NCBI GenBank assembly: GCA_035714445.1
Contig: DASTLY010000092.1
Coordinates: 374 to 64,373, forward strand
Source: Mycobacteriales bacterium
Lineage (GTDB): Bacteria; Actinomycetota; Actinomycetes; Mycobacteriales; SCTD01
Reading direction: 5' to 3'
Length of the DNA: 64,000 nt
Within the stretch, counting starts at the first letter, position 1. Each line of letters opens with the position of its first letter. A model generated the notes under the pieces. That model made no database searches and was not told the origin of the DNA. It saw nothing but the letters and a program-made list of their open reading frames with translations. The translations under genes and the position numbers were made by a program. This document shows, in pieces, positions 1 through 9,846 of this stretch.

Positions 1-323
1 GGGTCGTCGGTCTGCGTCGCCGACGGCAGGCGCTCGACCAGGGTCGCCCAGCCGCGCGCGACCAGGGGCTGCAGAGCGCCGACCACGTCGTGCTCGGGCA
101 GGTCGAGCGCGGCGCCGATCTCGGACCAGGAGCGCCCGCTGACCGCCATGCCCTGGGCCCAGGAGCCCACCGCGGCGCCTGCGGCCTGGTAGGCGGCCCA
201 GCACTCGCGCAGCACGTCGATGTTGTCGAGGTCGCCCGCGTCGGTCGCGCGTTCCACGTGGGCGAGCGACCGGGTGACCTCCTGCTGAGCGGTGACCCGC
301 CAGTCCTGAGCGGTGACAGGCAT
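1..323 (-). CDS. Hypothetical protein, runs off window edge, with short HTH-like motif
   Basis: Hand translation from ATG at 323 (GGGAGA RBS upstream): MPVTAQDWRVTAQQEVTRSLAHVERA...GRSWSEIGAALDL. It is open to position 1 and absent from the ORF track because it is truncated. Confidence 0.6.
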   Translation of the reverse strand, partial: MPVTAQDWRVTAQQEVTRSLAHVERATDAGDLDNIDVLRECWAAYQAAGAAVGSWAQGMAVSGRSWSEIGAALDLPEHDVVGALQPLVARGWATLVERLPSATQTDD

Positions 324-353
324 GTTTCTCCCTTGCGTCGAAGAGGGCGGGTC

Positions 354-1334
354 TCAGCGCCGGGGGGCGGGCCCGGTCGACTGTCGGACCACGAGCTCGG
401 TGGGCAGCCGGATGCTGCCCGGGGACCGCCCCGCGCCCGAGGGATCGGTGAGCAGCCGCACCGCGGCGGTCCCGGCGGCGGCGCCTGGCGCGCAGACGGT
501 CGTGAGCGGGGGTGTGGTCATGGGCGCGAGCCAGATGTCGTCGAACCCGACCACCGACACGTCCGGCCCCACCCGCAGGCCCCGGGCGACCAGCTGCTGC
601 ATCAGCCCGAGGGCCACCAGGTCGTTGTACGCGAGCACCGCGGTCGCCCCGGTCGCCAGCGCCAGGTCCGCCCCTCGGACGCCGGCGGAGAACCTCGGCT
701 CCACCGGCCCGAGCTCGACGACCTCCAGCCCGTGCCGGGCCGCGGCCGCCGTCAGGCTCGCGCGGCGCTCCGTCGCGGAGAAGCTGTCGGCGGGCCCGGC
801 GAGGTAGGTCGCCCGGCGGTGGCCGAGGGCGACCAGGTGCTCCACCGCCTGCGTCATGCCCTGCGCGGAGTCCACCAGGACGCCGGGGACGCCGACGGTC
901 GACCGGTTGATCACCACCAGCGGGACCTGGGCGTGGAGGGACCGCAGCTGGTCGTCGGACATCCGCGGGGAGGCGAGCACGAGTCCGTCGACCTGGGCGG
1001 CGATCGCCCGTACCAGCCCCTCCTCGTCCTCGGTGTGCTCGTCGCTGTCGGCCACGAACAGCGCGAACCCGCGCGCCTTCGCCTCGCTCTGGACGGCCTT
1101 CATGAGCGGCCCGAAGAACGGGTTGCTGATGTCGGGCACGAACAGCCCCAGGTTGCCGGTACGACCGGTCGACAGCGAGCGCGCGACCGGGCTGGGCGTG
1201 TACGCCAGGTCGCGGGCCACCGCGAGCACCCGCTCGCGGGTGTCGGCACGCACCGCCTCCGGCCGGGAGAAGGCCCGCGACGCCGTCGCCTTGGACACGC
1301 CCGCCTTCCGGGCGACGTCCGCGATGGTCGTCAT
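354..1334 (-). CDS. LacI family transcriptional regulator
   Basis: N-terminal TIADVARKAGVSKATASRAF HTH, NPFFG motif, DVSVVGFDD...PPLTTV, and ELVVRQST C-terminus. GGAGAGGAG RBS precedes ATG 1334. Confidence 0.95.
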   Translation of the reverse strand: MTTIADVARKAGVSKATASRAFSRPEAVRADTRERVLAVARDLAYTPSPVARSLSTGRTGNLGLFVPDISNPFFGPLMKAVQSEAKARGFALFVADSDEHTEDEEGLVRAIAAQVDGLVLASPRMSDDQLRSLHAQVPLVVINRSTVGVPGVLVDSAQGMTQAVEHLVALGHRRATYLAGPADSFSATERRASLTAAAARHGLEVVELGPVEPRFSAGVRGADLALATGATAVLAYNDLVALGLMQQLVARGLRVGPDVSVVGFDDIWLAPMTTPPLTTVCAPGAAAGTAAVRLLTDPSGAGRSPGSIRLPTELVVRQSTGPAPRR

Positions 1335-1362
1335 CGTGCTCCTCTCCCTGGTGCGGCCATCG

Positions 1363-1376
1363 TGTAACCGGTTGCA
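1363..1376. promoter_or_regulatory. Putative LacI-type operator
   Basis: Near-perfect palindrome TGTAACCGGTTGCA with central CG, about 30 bp upstream of the lacI-family start. Confidence 0.7.
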
Positions 1377-1418
1377 GAAGGATGTCAAGGAACCGGCGAA
1401 GCTACCGGGCGGTATCAG

Positions 1419-1739
1419 GAAGACACCGCCGGCGCGCCGGCCGCCTTCGCCACCGCGCTGCGGGCGGTCGCCTCCACCGGCACGGTCGTGCTCATCGGCC
1501 TCACCCACGAGCCCGTGCAGCTGTCCACCTCCGACGTCGTACGCCGGGGGCTCACCCTCGTCGGGTCGATCATCTACGACCACCCGCAGGACTTCGCCGA
1601 CACCGCGCAGGCCGTGGCCGGGGGCCTGCGGCCCGAGCTGGCGGTGCAGGAGGGGTTCACCCCGGAGCGGGCGGCCGAGGCGTTCGCCGACGCGCGGACG
1701 GTCCCGGGCAAGTCCTGGATCGACCTCACCGGCTGGTAG
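1419..1739 (+). pseudogene. C-terminal remnant of Zn-dependent (MDR) alcohol/sugar dehydrogenase
   Basis: EDTAGAPAAFATALRAVASTGTVVLIGL...VRRGLTLVGS...PGKSWID resembles an MDR C-terminus. There is an in-frame stop at 1365 and no N-terminal catalytic domain. Confidence 0.7.
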
Positions 1740-1748
1740 CCGGCCCGG

Positions 1749-2084
1749 TCAGGCGGCGCGGCGCCCGAACATAATGACCGCCACGCCCAGCAGGCAGATG
1801 CCGGCTCCGAGCAGGTCGGCCCGGTCCGGCCGGTAGCCGTCGGCGACCGCCGCCCACGCGAGGCTGCCGGCCACGAACACGCCGCCGTACGCCGCGAGCA
1901 CCCGCCCGAAGTGCGCGTCCGGCTGCAGCGTCGCGACGAAGCCGTACCCGACCAGGGCGAGCGCGCCGGCCGCGACGTAGCCGGCGCCCCGGCCCTCGCG
2001 CACCCCCTGCCAGATCAGCCACGCCCCGCCGATCTCCGCCACGGCAGCCAGCAGGAACAGCAGGACGGTGCGCGCCACGAACAT
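1749..2084 (-). CDS. ynfA: YnfA family (UPF0060) SMR-like membrane protein
   Basis: [29 protein letters not shown] and DGYRPDRAD signatures. Confidence 0.93.
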   Translation of the reverse strand: MFVARTVLLFLLAAVAEIGGAWLIWQGVREGRGAGYVAAGALALVGYGFVATLQPDAHFGRVLAAYGGVFVAGSLAWAAVADGYRPDRADLLGAGICLLGVAVIMFGRRAA

Positions 2085-2216
2085 CGGCCCAGTCTGCGGG
2101 AGCGGCCGGACGGGCTACCCTGTGAGCCTGGCCATGTGCGGCTGTCGCACCGCCGCGCGAGCCAGGCGCGTTCGAGGCGCACCCCCGTATCGAGAGCATC
2201 TGGTAGGGAAGTTCCT

Positions 2217-2501
2217 GTGACGACAGCAGCACCGTCCGATGTCCGCACCTGGGCGCGGAAGCAGGGGCTCACCAGCGCCGAGCGCGGGCCGCTCCCGCGC
2301 TGGGTGCTCGAGGCGTACGAGGCCGCGCACGCCGCCGACCCGACCCGTACGCCACCCGCCCCGCGCGCAGCCCCCGACGGTCCCTCGGTCGCCGAGCGCC
2401 TGCAGCGGGTGGAGGACCAGCTCGCCCAGGCCCTCGCGCGGGTCGCCGAGCTCGAGGCTCAGCGGAGCCGGAGCCTGCTGGGCCTGCGCCTCACGCTCTA
2501 G
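2217..2501 (+). CDS. Lsr2-type DNA-binding domain protein with C-terminal coiled coil
   Basis: DVRTWARKQGLTSAERGPLPRWVLEAYEAAH matches the Lsr2 DNA-binding domain pattern. GTG start follows AGGGAAG. Confidence 0.75.
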   Translation: MTTAAPSDVRTWARKQGLTSAERGPLPRWVLEAYEAAHAADPTRTPPAPRAAPDGPSVAERLQRVEDQLAQALARVAELEAQRSRSLLGLRLTL

Positions 2502-2519
2502 CGGCTTCGGCCAGGGCGG

Positions 2520-3356
2520 TCACAGGCCCCAGCCGTCGACGTCGCTGCCCACGTAGGCGCGCAGCTCCCGTACGTCGTCGTGCAGCAGGTCCGTCAGCAC
2601 CGCGCGCAGCCGGTCGTCGAGGTCGGCCCCGCCCACGTCGGGCCGGTGCCGGGTCAGCGACCAGACCCGCTGCAGGGCGGGCACGACCGAGGACGGCAGG
2701 CTCTCGACGAACCGCTCGCCGGCCTTCGAGGAGCGCAGCCGGTTGGCCGCCGGCCGCGGCACGAACTTCTCCTCGGTGCGGTGCAGCTCCTCGGCGGTGG
2801 ACCGGAAGTCCGGGTCCACCCCGAGAAAGGAGTAGACGCGCCGCATCGTGGTGGCGTGCTCGGCCCGCAGCTGCTCGGAGGTAAGGACGAGGAGCTGGTC
2901 GCGGTCGTAGAACCTGAGCCACTGGCCGATCTGCATGGCGTAGCGGCTGGTGTCGACGTAGGTGCTGTGCTCCACGACGGCCTGGGCGAAGGGCAGCGTC
3001 TCGAGTCCCAGGCTGCGGTGGTGCAGGTAGTGCGAGCGGACCCGGGCAATGGGCTCCCGCAGCACGTAGACCAGCTTGGCGTCGGGCAGCAGCGACGCGG
3101 CCCGGGCCGGCACGTCGCGGTAGAGCGGGAACCGGGTGTAGGCCGGCGTGGCCTCGCCGACCACCGCGTGCTGCGGCGTGGCGCCGGCGAAGTGCGGCGC
3201 GTACCAGGCCGCGCCCCGCGCCCACCGGTCGTCCCGGTCGAAGAAGTGGATCTCCTTCGTCGGGCTCATGTAGATCTGCGGGTGCTGGCGCAGGTACTCC
3301 CAGAGGCTGGTCGTCCCACCCTTCATCGCGCCGATCACCAGCAGGTTCGGCAGCAC
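2520..3356 (-). CDS. PAPS-dependent sulfotransferase
   Basis: 5'-PSB loop IGAMKGGTTSLW, KEIHFF, GEATPAY, and 3'-PB motif LREPIARVRS. Confidence 0.9.
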   Translation of the reverse strand: MLPNLLVIGAMKGGTTSLWEYLRQHPQIYMSPTKEIHFFDRDDRWARGAAWYAPHFAGATPQHAVVGEATPAYTRFPLYRDVPARAASLLPDAKLVYVLREPIARVRSHYLHHRSLGLETLPFAQAVVEHSTYVDTSRYAMQIGQWLRFYDRDQLLVLTSEQLRAEHATTMRRVYSFLGVDPDFRSTAEELHRTEEKFVPRPAANRLRSSKAGERFVESLPSSVVPALQRVWSLTRHRPDVGGADLDDRLRAVLTDLLHDDVRELRAYVGSDVDGWGL

Positions 3357-3522
3357 CCTCGCCCCTCCGGTTGCTGGGCGTCACCGCCCGGTTGACGACG
3401 CCCTCCTCGGCCCGCTCTGCGCCCAGCCACTGCGACCGCCCCAGGATAGCCAGCAGCACGGGGCTGGGGCGGGCGCGGTCGGCCTGCGGGTGCTCGTGGC
3501 GAGGGCCCGCCGGACGACCGGA

Positions 3523-5028
3523 TCAGGCCCCTGCCTCGTCGTCGTAGCGCTGCAGCGCCCGCTCCTCGGCCGCCTCGTCGCCCTCAGCGCGCGCCTGCGC
3601 GATCGCCCGGCTGACCTCGATCATGACCTCGCGGTCCACCACCTTGACGCGCTCACGCGCCTTTTCCCCCACCGGGCCGTACGCGTCCCCGAGCGCGCGC
3701 TCGTGCGCGTCCAGCAGGTCCCAGCCCTCCCACGTCGTGTAGTGCAGGCCGCGGGCGTCGAGCAGCCGGGTCACGGCGGCCGGGTCGGGGACGGCCGCCC
3801 GCGGCAGGGTCCCCTGCTCCAGGTCGGCGAGCAGGCTGCCGACGGTCTCGATCGCGTCGCCCTTGGTGTGGCCGATCAGGCCCACCGGCCCGCGCTTGAC
3901 CCACCCGTTGACGTAGAGCCCCGCCTGGTGGTCGCCGTCCGGGCCGAGCACCCGGCCGGCGTCGTGCGGCACCACGTGGTTGCTGCTGTCCCACGGCAGC
4001 CCGGGCAGGGGCGTCGAGCGGTAGCCGACGCACCGGTAGACGGCCTGGACCGGCCAGTCGTGGATCTCCCCGGTGCCCTTCACGTTGCCGTCGCCGATCA
4101 GCTCGGTGCGCTCGGTGCGGAGCCCCTCGACGCGGCCGTCGCCGTACACCTCGACGGGGCTCTCGAAGAAGTGCAGCCAGAGCTTGCGCGGCCGGGCCCC
4201 GTCGCCGGTGCCCTCCCCCTGCTCGGCCTGCTCCTGGTAGTCCGCCGTGCGCATCGCGTAGCGCTCCAGCTCGCGCACCACGAGCTTGGTCTGGTTGTCG
4301 CTGTTGACCGAGCTGACGCTGCCGCCGTCGAGCTCGAAGTCCTCGGGCGACATCAGGACCTCGACGTTGGGCGAGTGGTCGACCTCGCGCAGCTCCAGCG
4401 GGGTGAACTTCGCCTGCGCCGGGCCGCGGCGGGCGAACACGTGCACCTCGCGTACGGGCGACGCCTTGAGCCCCTGGTAGACGTTGTCGGGGATCTCGGT
4501 CACCAGCAGCTCGTCCGCGGTCTTGGACAGCATCCGGGCCACGTCCAGCCCGACGTTGCCGGCCCCGATGACCGCGATGCTCTCGGCCTCCAGCGGCCAG
4601 GTGCGGGGCACGTCCGGGTGCCCGTCGAACCAGGAGACGAAGTCGGCGCCGCCGAAGCTGCCCGGCAGGTCGATGCCGGGGATGTCCAGGTCGCGGTCCT
4701 TCTCGGCCCCGGTCGTGAACACGATCGCGTCGTAGTGCTCGCGCAGGTCCTCGAGCGTGATGTCCACGCCGTACTCCACGTTGCCCAGCAGCCGGATCTC
4801 CGGCTTGCTCAGCACCTGGCGCAGCGCCTTGATGATGCCCTTGATGCGCGGGTGGTCCGGCGCGACGCCGTACCGGATCAGCCCGTACGGAGCGGGCTGG
4901 CGCTCGTACAGGTCGATGGACACCGGCGTGCTCGACTTCATCAGGACGTCGGCCACGTAGACACCGGCCGGGCCGGCGCCGACGATCGCGACCCGCACGG
5001 GGCGGTCGGGCGGCTGCGGGACGGTCAC
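3523..5028 (-). CDS. NADPH-ferredoxin reductase (FprA/adrenodoxin reductase-like)
   Basis: GAGPAG FAD motif, PYGLIRYGVAPDH, GAGNVGLD, and GWVKRGPVGLIG. GAGGAG RBS precedes GTG 5028. Confidence 0.92.
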   Translation of the reverse strand: MTVPQPPDRPVRVAIVGAGPAGVYVADVLMKSSTPVSIDLYERQPAPYGLIRYGVAPDHPRIKGIIKALRQVLSKPEIRLLGNVEYGVDITLEDLREHYDAIVFTTGAEKDRDLDIPGIDLPGSFGGADFVSWFDGHPDVPRTWPLEAESIAVIGAGNVGLDVARMLSKTADELLVTEIPDNVYQGLKASPVREVHVFARRGPAQAKFTPLELREVDHSPNVEVLMSPEDFELDGGSVSSVNSDNQTKLVVRELERYAMRTADYQEQAEQGEGTGDGARPRKLWLHFFESPVEVYGDGRVEGLRTERTELIGDGNVKGTGEIHDWPVQAVYRCVGYRSTPLPGLPWDSSNHVVPHDAGRVLGPDGDHQAGLYVNGWVKRGPVGLIGHTKGDAIETVGSLLADLEQGTLPRAAVPDPAAVTRLLDARGLHYTTWEGWDLLDAHERALGDAYGPVGEKARERVKVVDREVMIEVSRAIAQARAEGDEAAEERALQRYDDEAGA

Positions 5029-5119
5029 GAGCACTCCTCTGGACAGGAACAGGCCGTAGTCACCATGCACCAACATGATCCCGCCGGCCAGGCATCCCGG
5101 TGTGGCGGGCGCCACGCCG

Positions 5120-5617
5120 TCACCAGGACGCGCTGCCCGGGCCGCCCTTGAACGGGCCGACGACCTCGGAGGTGATCCAGCCGCCGTAGAAGCGGCCCTC
5201 CTGGGCGCGCACGGGCTCGCCGGCCACCGTGCACCCGTCCATCGCGGCCGGGTAGACCGCCACCGTGTCCCGCAACAGGGCGTACGCCGGGACTGGCTCG
5301 GGGTAGGTCCAGGCCGCCCCGACGGCCCGGCGGTTCCCGCCCACCACGGTCAGGTAGGCCGCGACGCCCTTCCACTCGCAGTACGACGACCCGCCGGCGG
5401 GCTCGAGAGCGCTAGGTGCCCAGTCCGCCCGCGGGAGGTACCAGCCGGGCGGGTGGCTGGTCTCGAGCACCCGCAGCCCACGGGTCGTCCGGCAGACCTC
5501 GACCCCGCCGAAGCGCACGACGACCTCCCGGTCGTCGGCCTGCACCCGCGGCGGCCGGGGATAGTCCCAGACGGACTCCTGGCCCGGCCCCGCCGGCAGC
5601 GGGACGGGCCGGCTCAC
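5120..5617 (-). CDS. DUF427 domain protein
   Basis: QESVWDYPRPP, VLETSHPP, SYCEWKGVAAY and FYGGWIT motifs. GTGA overlap with the upstream gene. Confidence 0.9.
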   Translation of the reverse strand: MSRPVPLPAGPGQESVWDYPRPPRVQADDREVVVRFGGVEVCRTTRGLRVLETSHPPGWYLPRADWAPSALEPAGGSSYCEWKGVAAYLTVVGGNRRAVGAAWTYPEPVPAYALLRDTVAVYPAAMDGCTVAGEPVRAQEGRFYGGWITSEVVGPFKGGPGSASW

Positions 5618-6273
5618 CGGTTGCGGCGCCGGCGACGCAGCAGGAGCAGGAACGTGAGCAGCGCGGCGGCGCCGCCGGCCAGCGCCTCCTTGGGCACCGC
5701 GGACAGCGCGGCCGCCGGTCCGCTCGGCTGGACCGGGCGGGGGGCCAGCACCGGCACCTCGACGGCCTTCACGGGCGGGAGGCCGTCGGTGGGCAGCGCC
5801 GTCGTCGGCTCCACCCCGGACGGCTGCGCACCGGCAGCCGGCCCCGCGACAGCCACCGAGCCGTCGAGCGCGGCCGGCGCCTCGTGGGCGCCGTGCGTGC
5901 CCTTCGCCGCCGCGGCCCGGTCGGCCACGGCGGTCTTGGCGATCGCGGCCTTCTCGCCGACGGCGACCTTCGCGGTGCCGGCCTTCTCGGTGAGCGTCTC
6001 CTTGGCCTGCAGGGCCTTCTCGGTGACGACCTCCTTGGCGTGCGCCGCGACGTCGCGAGCCCGCTCCTTGCCCCGCTCGGCCACCCGCTTGGGGCTCACC
6101 CGGTCGGCGATCGCGTCGAGCGTCTCGGCGAGGTCCTCGCGGGTCGCCTCGATCTGCGCGGCCAGGACCTCCGGGTCCTGCGACCCCTGCTGGCCCGCGG
6201 TCTTCGACGTCGCGCCGTTGTCGGCGCCCGTCGCCGTGCTCTCGCCGGTGTCTCCGATGCGCTCGCTGGCCAC
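5614..6273 (-). CDS. DUF3618 domain membrane-anchored protein
   Basis: DPEVLAAQIEATREDLAETLDAIADRVSPK, plus a C-terminal hydrophobic helix followed by poly-Arg. It lies divergent from bcp. Confidence 0.85.
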   Translation of the reverse strand: MASERIGDTGESTATGADNGATSKTAGQQGSQDPEVLAAQIEATREDLAETLDAIADRVSPKRVAERGKERARDVAAHAKEVVTEKALQAKETLTEKAGTAKVAVGEKAAIAKTAVADRAAAAKGTHGAHEAPAALDGSVAVAGPAAGAQPSGVEPTTALPTDGLPPVKAVEVPVLAPRPVQPSGPAAALSAVPKEALAGGAAALLTFLLLLRRRRRNR

Positions 6274-6437
6274 GCCCTGGCTCCCTCGTCCGGCCGCTCT
6301 CGCGGCGCACTCCCCTGCTGGCGGCGCCGCTGGTGCGGCCCGTCGTCCCGCACCTCGTGCCCGTCCGGGCCGATCCGGAACCCGCGCGGGGCCAGTGATC
6401 CGCCGGGGGCCACCACGGGTCGAGCACACTGTGCGGC

Positions 6438-6941
6438 ATGACCGCGACCCCGACCGAGCCCGCCGACCCCACCCCGCGGCTGGTCCCCGGCCAGCCCGCA
6501 CCGCCCTTCGCCCTGCCCGACGCGGACGGCCGCACGGTCTCGCTGGCCGACTTCGCCGGCCGCAGGGTCGTCGTCTACTTCTACCCGGCGGCGTCCACCC
6601 CCGGCTGCACCACGCAGGCGTGCGACTTCGAAGCCGGCCGGCCGGCGCTGCAGGAGGCGGGCTACGCCGTCGTCGGCATCTCGCCGGACCCGCCGGCGAA
6701 GCTGGCCCGCTTCCGCGAGGCCGAGCACCTGAGCTTCCCGCTGCTGTCCGACCCCGACCGCACGGTGCTCACCGCGTACGGCGCCTACGGGGAGAAGAAG
6801 CTGTACGGCAAGACCGTCCGGGGCGTGATCCGCTCGACCGTGGTCGTCGACGAGCGCGGGCTCGTGCGGTCCGCGTCGTACGGCGTGCGTGCCAAGGGGC
6901 ACGTCGCCAAGCTGTCCCGGGAGCTGGGCATCGAGGCCTGA
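6438..6941 (+). CDS. bcp: Thioredoxin-dependent thiol peroxidase (BCP/PrxQ)
   Basis: YFYPAASTPGCTTQACDF and AYGAYGEKKLYGK motifs. Confidence 0.95.
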   Translation: MTATPTEPADPTPRLVPGQPAPPFALPDADGRTVSLADFAGRRVVVYFYPAASTPGCTTQACDFEAGRPALQEAGYAVVGISPDPPAKLARFREAEHLSFPLLSDPDRTVLTAYGAYGEKKLYGKTVRGVIRSTVVVDERGLVRSASYGVRAKGHVAKLSRELGIEA

Positions 6942-6983
6942 CGCCGGTTCCAGTCCTGGCGCAGGGCTCAGTCGTGGCGGGGC

Positions 6984-9503
6984 TCAGTCGTGGCGCAGGG
7001 CGAGCAGCGCGATGTCGTCGCTGCCGCCGGCCTCGGCGTGCATCGACCGCAGGGCGTGCCGGCACAGCTGCGTCGGCGTCAGCTCCTGGCCGTCGACGGC
7101 ACGGCGCAGCCGCTCCAGACCGAGGGTGAGCGACTCGTCGCGTCGCTCGATCAGCCCGTCGCTGAACATCAGCACCGACGTCCCGGCCGCGAGCACGCTC
7201 GAGCTCTCCGGGTAGGCCCCGGTCGCCACGCCGATGGGCGGGCCGGGCTCGACGTCGACGTACCGCGCCGACGCCTGCGGGCCGGCCACCAGCGGGGGCG
7301 GGTGCCCTGCGGTCGCCGTCGTGAGGGTGCGGGTCCCCGGGTCGTACGAGCAGATGAGCAGGGTCGCGAGCTGCAGGTCCATCATCTGGCCGATGCCGCC
7401 GGCGAGCCGCGCCAGCAGCGCGCCCGGCCCGAGGCCCTGCAGCGCCAGGGCGGCGACCAGGCCGTGCAGCTGGCCGGCGCGGGCCGCGCTCTCGGTGCCG
7501 TGGCCCATGACGTCGCCCAGCGCGCAGACCAGCACCCCGTCGACGTCGACGGTCTTAAAGAAGTCGCCGCCCGCCAGGGCGTACGCGCTCGCCGGCAGGT
7601 AGCGGGTCGCGACCTCCACGCCGGGGACGACGGGCGGCTCACTCGGGAGCAGCGCGCGCTGCAGGACCGTGGCGGCCTGGTGCTGGCGGGCGTAGGACAG
7701 GGCGTTCTCCAGGGCGACGGCGGCCCGCGTCGCGAGGTCCAGCAGCAGCACGTCGTCCAGCGGGTCGGCGTCCTGCGCCGAGACCGAGAGGGCACCGAGG
7801 ACTGCGCCGGGTGCGGTCAGCGGCACGGCGGTCCGCTGCCCGTCGTTGAGCCGCACCATCTGCTCGTACAGCGCCGGCGTGCTCGCCCGGGACCGGAGCA
7901 CGTCGTCGGGCACCCGGGGGAACTGCCGGGGCTGCCCGGTCCGTACGACCGTCCCGAGGCCGCCCTCCTGAGAGGTCCGCAGGTCGGTTGCCGTGATGAC
8001 CTCGGTCAGCTCCCGCTCGGTGGTCGGGTCGCGGTGCGTGACCCGCACCGGGTAGAGCCGCTCGGGATCCGCGTCGACCGCCGCGCCGAGCTGCTCGGCG
8101 ACCGGGCCGGTGACCACCACCACCAGGCTCTCGGCAAGGCCCGGGACGACGACGTCGGTCAGGACGTCGAGGACCTCCTGCGGCTCCACGGCCCGCGCCA
8201 GCCGGGCTCCGGCGTCGGCGAGGACCTGCAGGCGCGCTCCGGCCCGGGTCAGCGCCGCCTGCGCACGGACGCGGGCGCTGACATCGTGGAAGAACAGCGT
8301 CAGCCCCTGGTCGTCGGGCCACACCCGTACCTCGAAGGTCATGTCCAGGGGCTCGAAGTAGGCCTCGACCGTGCGCGGCTCGCCGGTGGCCATCGCGTGC
8401 ACGTACGCCAGGTCGAACTCGCTGCCCCGCACCTCGGGGAACGCCTCGTAGATGTTGATGCCGACGAGCTGCTCGCGGGTGCGCCCGTAGAGGCTCTCCG
8501 CGAGGCCGTTCACATAGCTGAAGCTCCAGTCCCGGGCGATGCGTACCAGTGCGGTCGGCATCGTCTCCGTGAGCCGGACCAGCTCGTCGCGCAGCCCATG
8601 CTGCGAGGAGGCGTCGTACGCCGCACCGATGACGTGGCTGGGCCGACCGCGCATGTCCGGCAGGACCCGGCCGCGGATGCGGACCCAGCGCGACGTCCCG
8701 CCGCCGGTCACCACGCGGTACTCGGACAGGACCCCGCCGACCGCCGAGCGGGCGACGTCGAGCTCCCTCAGCACGACCGGGAGGTCCTCCGGGTGCACGC
8801 ACGACTGCCAGGCCGCGAAGGTGCCGTCGAAGGTCTCGGCGGTGAAGCCGTGCAGCGTCATCATCCGCTGGTCCCAGTCCAGCCCCCCGGGACCGGCGAA
8901 GGAGTAGGCGAACGAGCCGAGCTCGGCGGCCTCGACCGCCACACTGGCCCGGATCCCGGCCTCCTGGGACATGCGGTGCAGGTGGTCGTCGAGCTCCGCG
9001 GCCACCAGCTCGGCGAGCTCGGACAGCTCCGCGACCTGCTCCGCGGTCCACGCCCGCGGCTGGACGTCGAACACCGACAGCGAGCCCAGCACCAGGCCGT
9101 CCCGGTCGCGCAGCACGACCCCGAGGTAGGCCCCCACCTGGCCGGAGGTCACCGGCGGCAGGTCCCGCACCCACGGGTGGGTCGGGGCCATCGGGACCAC
9201 CAGGACGGAGCCGGAGGCGGCCGTCAACGTGCACAGGCTGTCGGCCAGCGACCCGCTGCCGGCCCCGGTCACCTCGACGCCGTGGGCGGCCGCGACCACC
9301 AGGTCGTGCTCTGCCAGCAGGCTGACCTGCGCGCGCGACGCCGACAGCCGCCGGGCAGCGTGCCGTACGAGGCGGTCCAGCCGGGGCCCGACCGGTCCCT
9401 GCCCGACCACCCGCTCGACGGCGCGCACCCGCTCCGGGTCGGTGAGGGCACCCAGCCCGGGCAGCCGGGCAGGGGTGACGCCGCCCGGGGCCTCCTTCGT
9501 CAC
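6984..9503 (-). CDS. SpoIIE/PP2C-type Ser/Thr phosphatase with GAF and PAS sensor domains
   Basis: N-terminal GAF, two PAS-like segments, a second GAF, then LQRALLP, GGDFF, GDVMGHG, AGHPPP, SDGLIE and DDIALL. Confidence 0.92.
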   Translation of the reverse strand: MTKEAPGGVTPARLPGLGALTDPERVRAVERVVGQGPVGPRLDRLVRHAARRLSASRAQVSLLAEHDLVVAAAHGVEVTGAGSGSLADSLCTLTAASGSVLVVPMAPTHPWVRDLPPVTSGQVGAYLGVVLRDRDGLVLGSLSVFDVQPRAWTAEQVAELSELAELVAAELDDHLHRMSQEAGIRASVAVEAAELGSFAYSFAGPGGLDWDQRMMTLHGFTAETFDGTFAAWQSCVHPEDLPVVLRELDVARSAVGGVLSEYRVVTGGGTSRWVRIRGRVLPDMRGRPSHVIGAAYDASSQHGLRDELVRLTETMPTALVRIARDWSFSYVNGLAESLYGRTREQLVGINIYEAFPEVRGSEFDLAYVHAMATGEPRTVEAYFEPLDMTFEVRVWPDDQGLTLFFHDVSARVRAQAALTRAGARLQVLADAGARLARAVEPQEVLDVLTDVVVPGLAESLVVVVTGPVAEQLGAAVDADPERLYPVRVTHRDPTTERELTEVITATDLRTSQEGGLGTVVRTGQPRQFPRVPDDVLRSRASTPALYEQMVRLNDGQRTAVPLTAPGAVLGALSVSAQDADPLDDVLLLDLATRAAVALENALSYARQHQAATVLQRALLPSEPPVVPGVEVATRYLPASAYALAGGDFFKTVDVDGVLVCALGDVMGHGTESAARAGQLHGLVAALALQGLGPGALLARLAGGIGQMMDLQLATLLICSYDPGTRTLTTATAGHPPPLVAGPQASARYVDVEPGPPIGVATGAYPESSSVLAAGTSVLMFSDGLIERRDESLTLGLERLRRAVDGQELTPTQLCRHALRSMHAEAGGSDDIALLALRHD

Positions 9504-9542
9504 CGGCCCGAGCCTAGCGACTGGACCTACGCTGGGCGGGAC

Positions 9543-9624
9543 GCGCGGTTGGCGGAACTGGCAGACGCTGCGGCTTTAGGTGCCGCCGCCTTCGGGCGTG
9601 GGGGTTCGAGTCCCCCACCGCGCA
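9543..9624 (+). tRNA. tRNA-Leu (anticodon TAG)
   Basis: Acceptor stem GCGCGGT/ACCGCGC, D-arm GGCGGAACTGGCAGACGC, anticodon stem GCGGC-TTTAGGT-GCCGC, long variable arm, T-loop GGTTCGAGTCC. CCA is not encoded. Confidence 0.96.
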
Positions 9625-9846
9625 CGAGCGGAGCGAGGGCGCGCGTGTCGGCGGCACGAGCGCGAGGTGGACCAGCGTTACGGGCTGCACTGAGGAGCGG
9701 TGCAGCGGGCCGAGCTCGACCGCCGAGCGCGGCCGCGCCGATCGGGCACGTCCTTGCGAGTGCGGCATGACAGCACGACGACAGGATCGCGTGGGTCGAT
9801 GCCGTACCGACGTGGCGCGCGGCGCCGACAGGAAGGACGAGCGACG

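Noticed and set aside
2085..2216. Guanidine riboswitch upstream of ynfA
   Set aside because: A GCCTGGC/GCCAGGC stem is possible, but I could not find the ACGR twin hairpins or guanidine-III motifs, and the gene looks leaderless.
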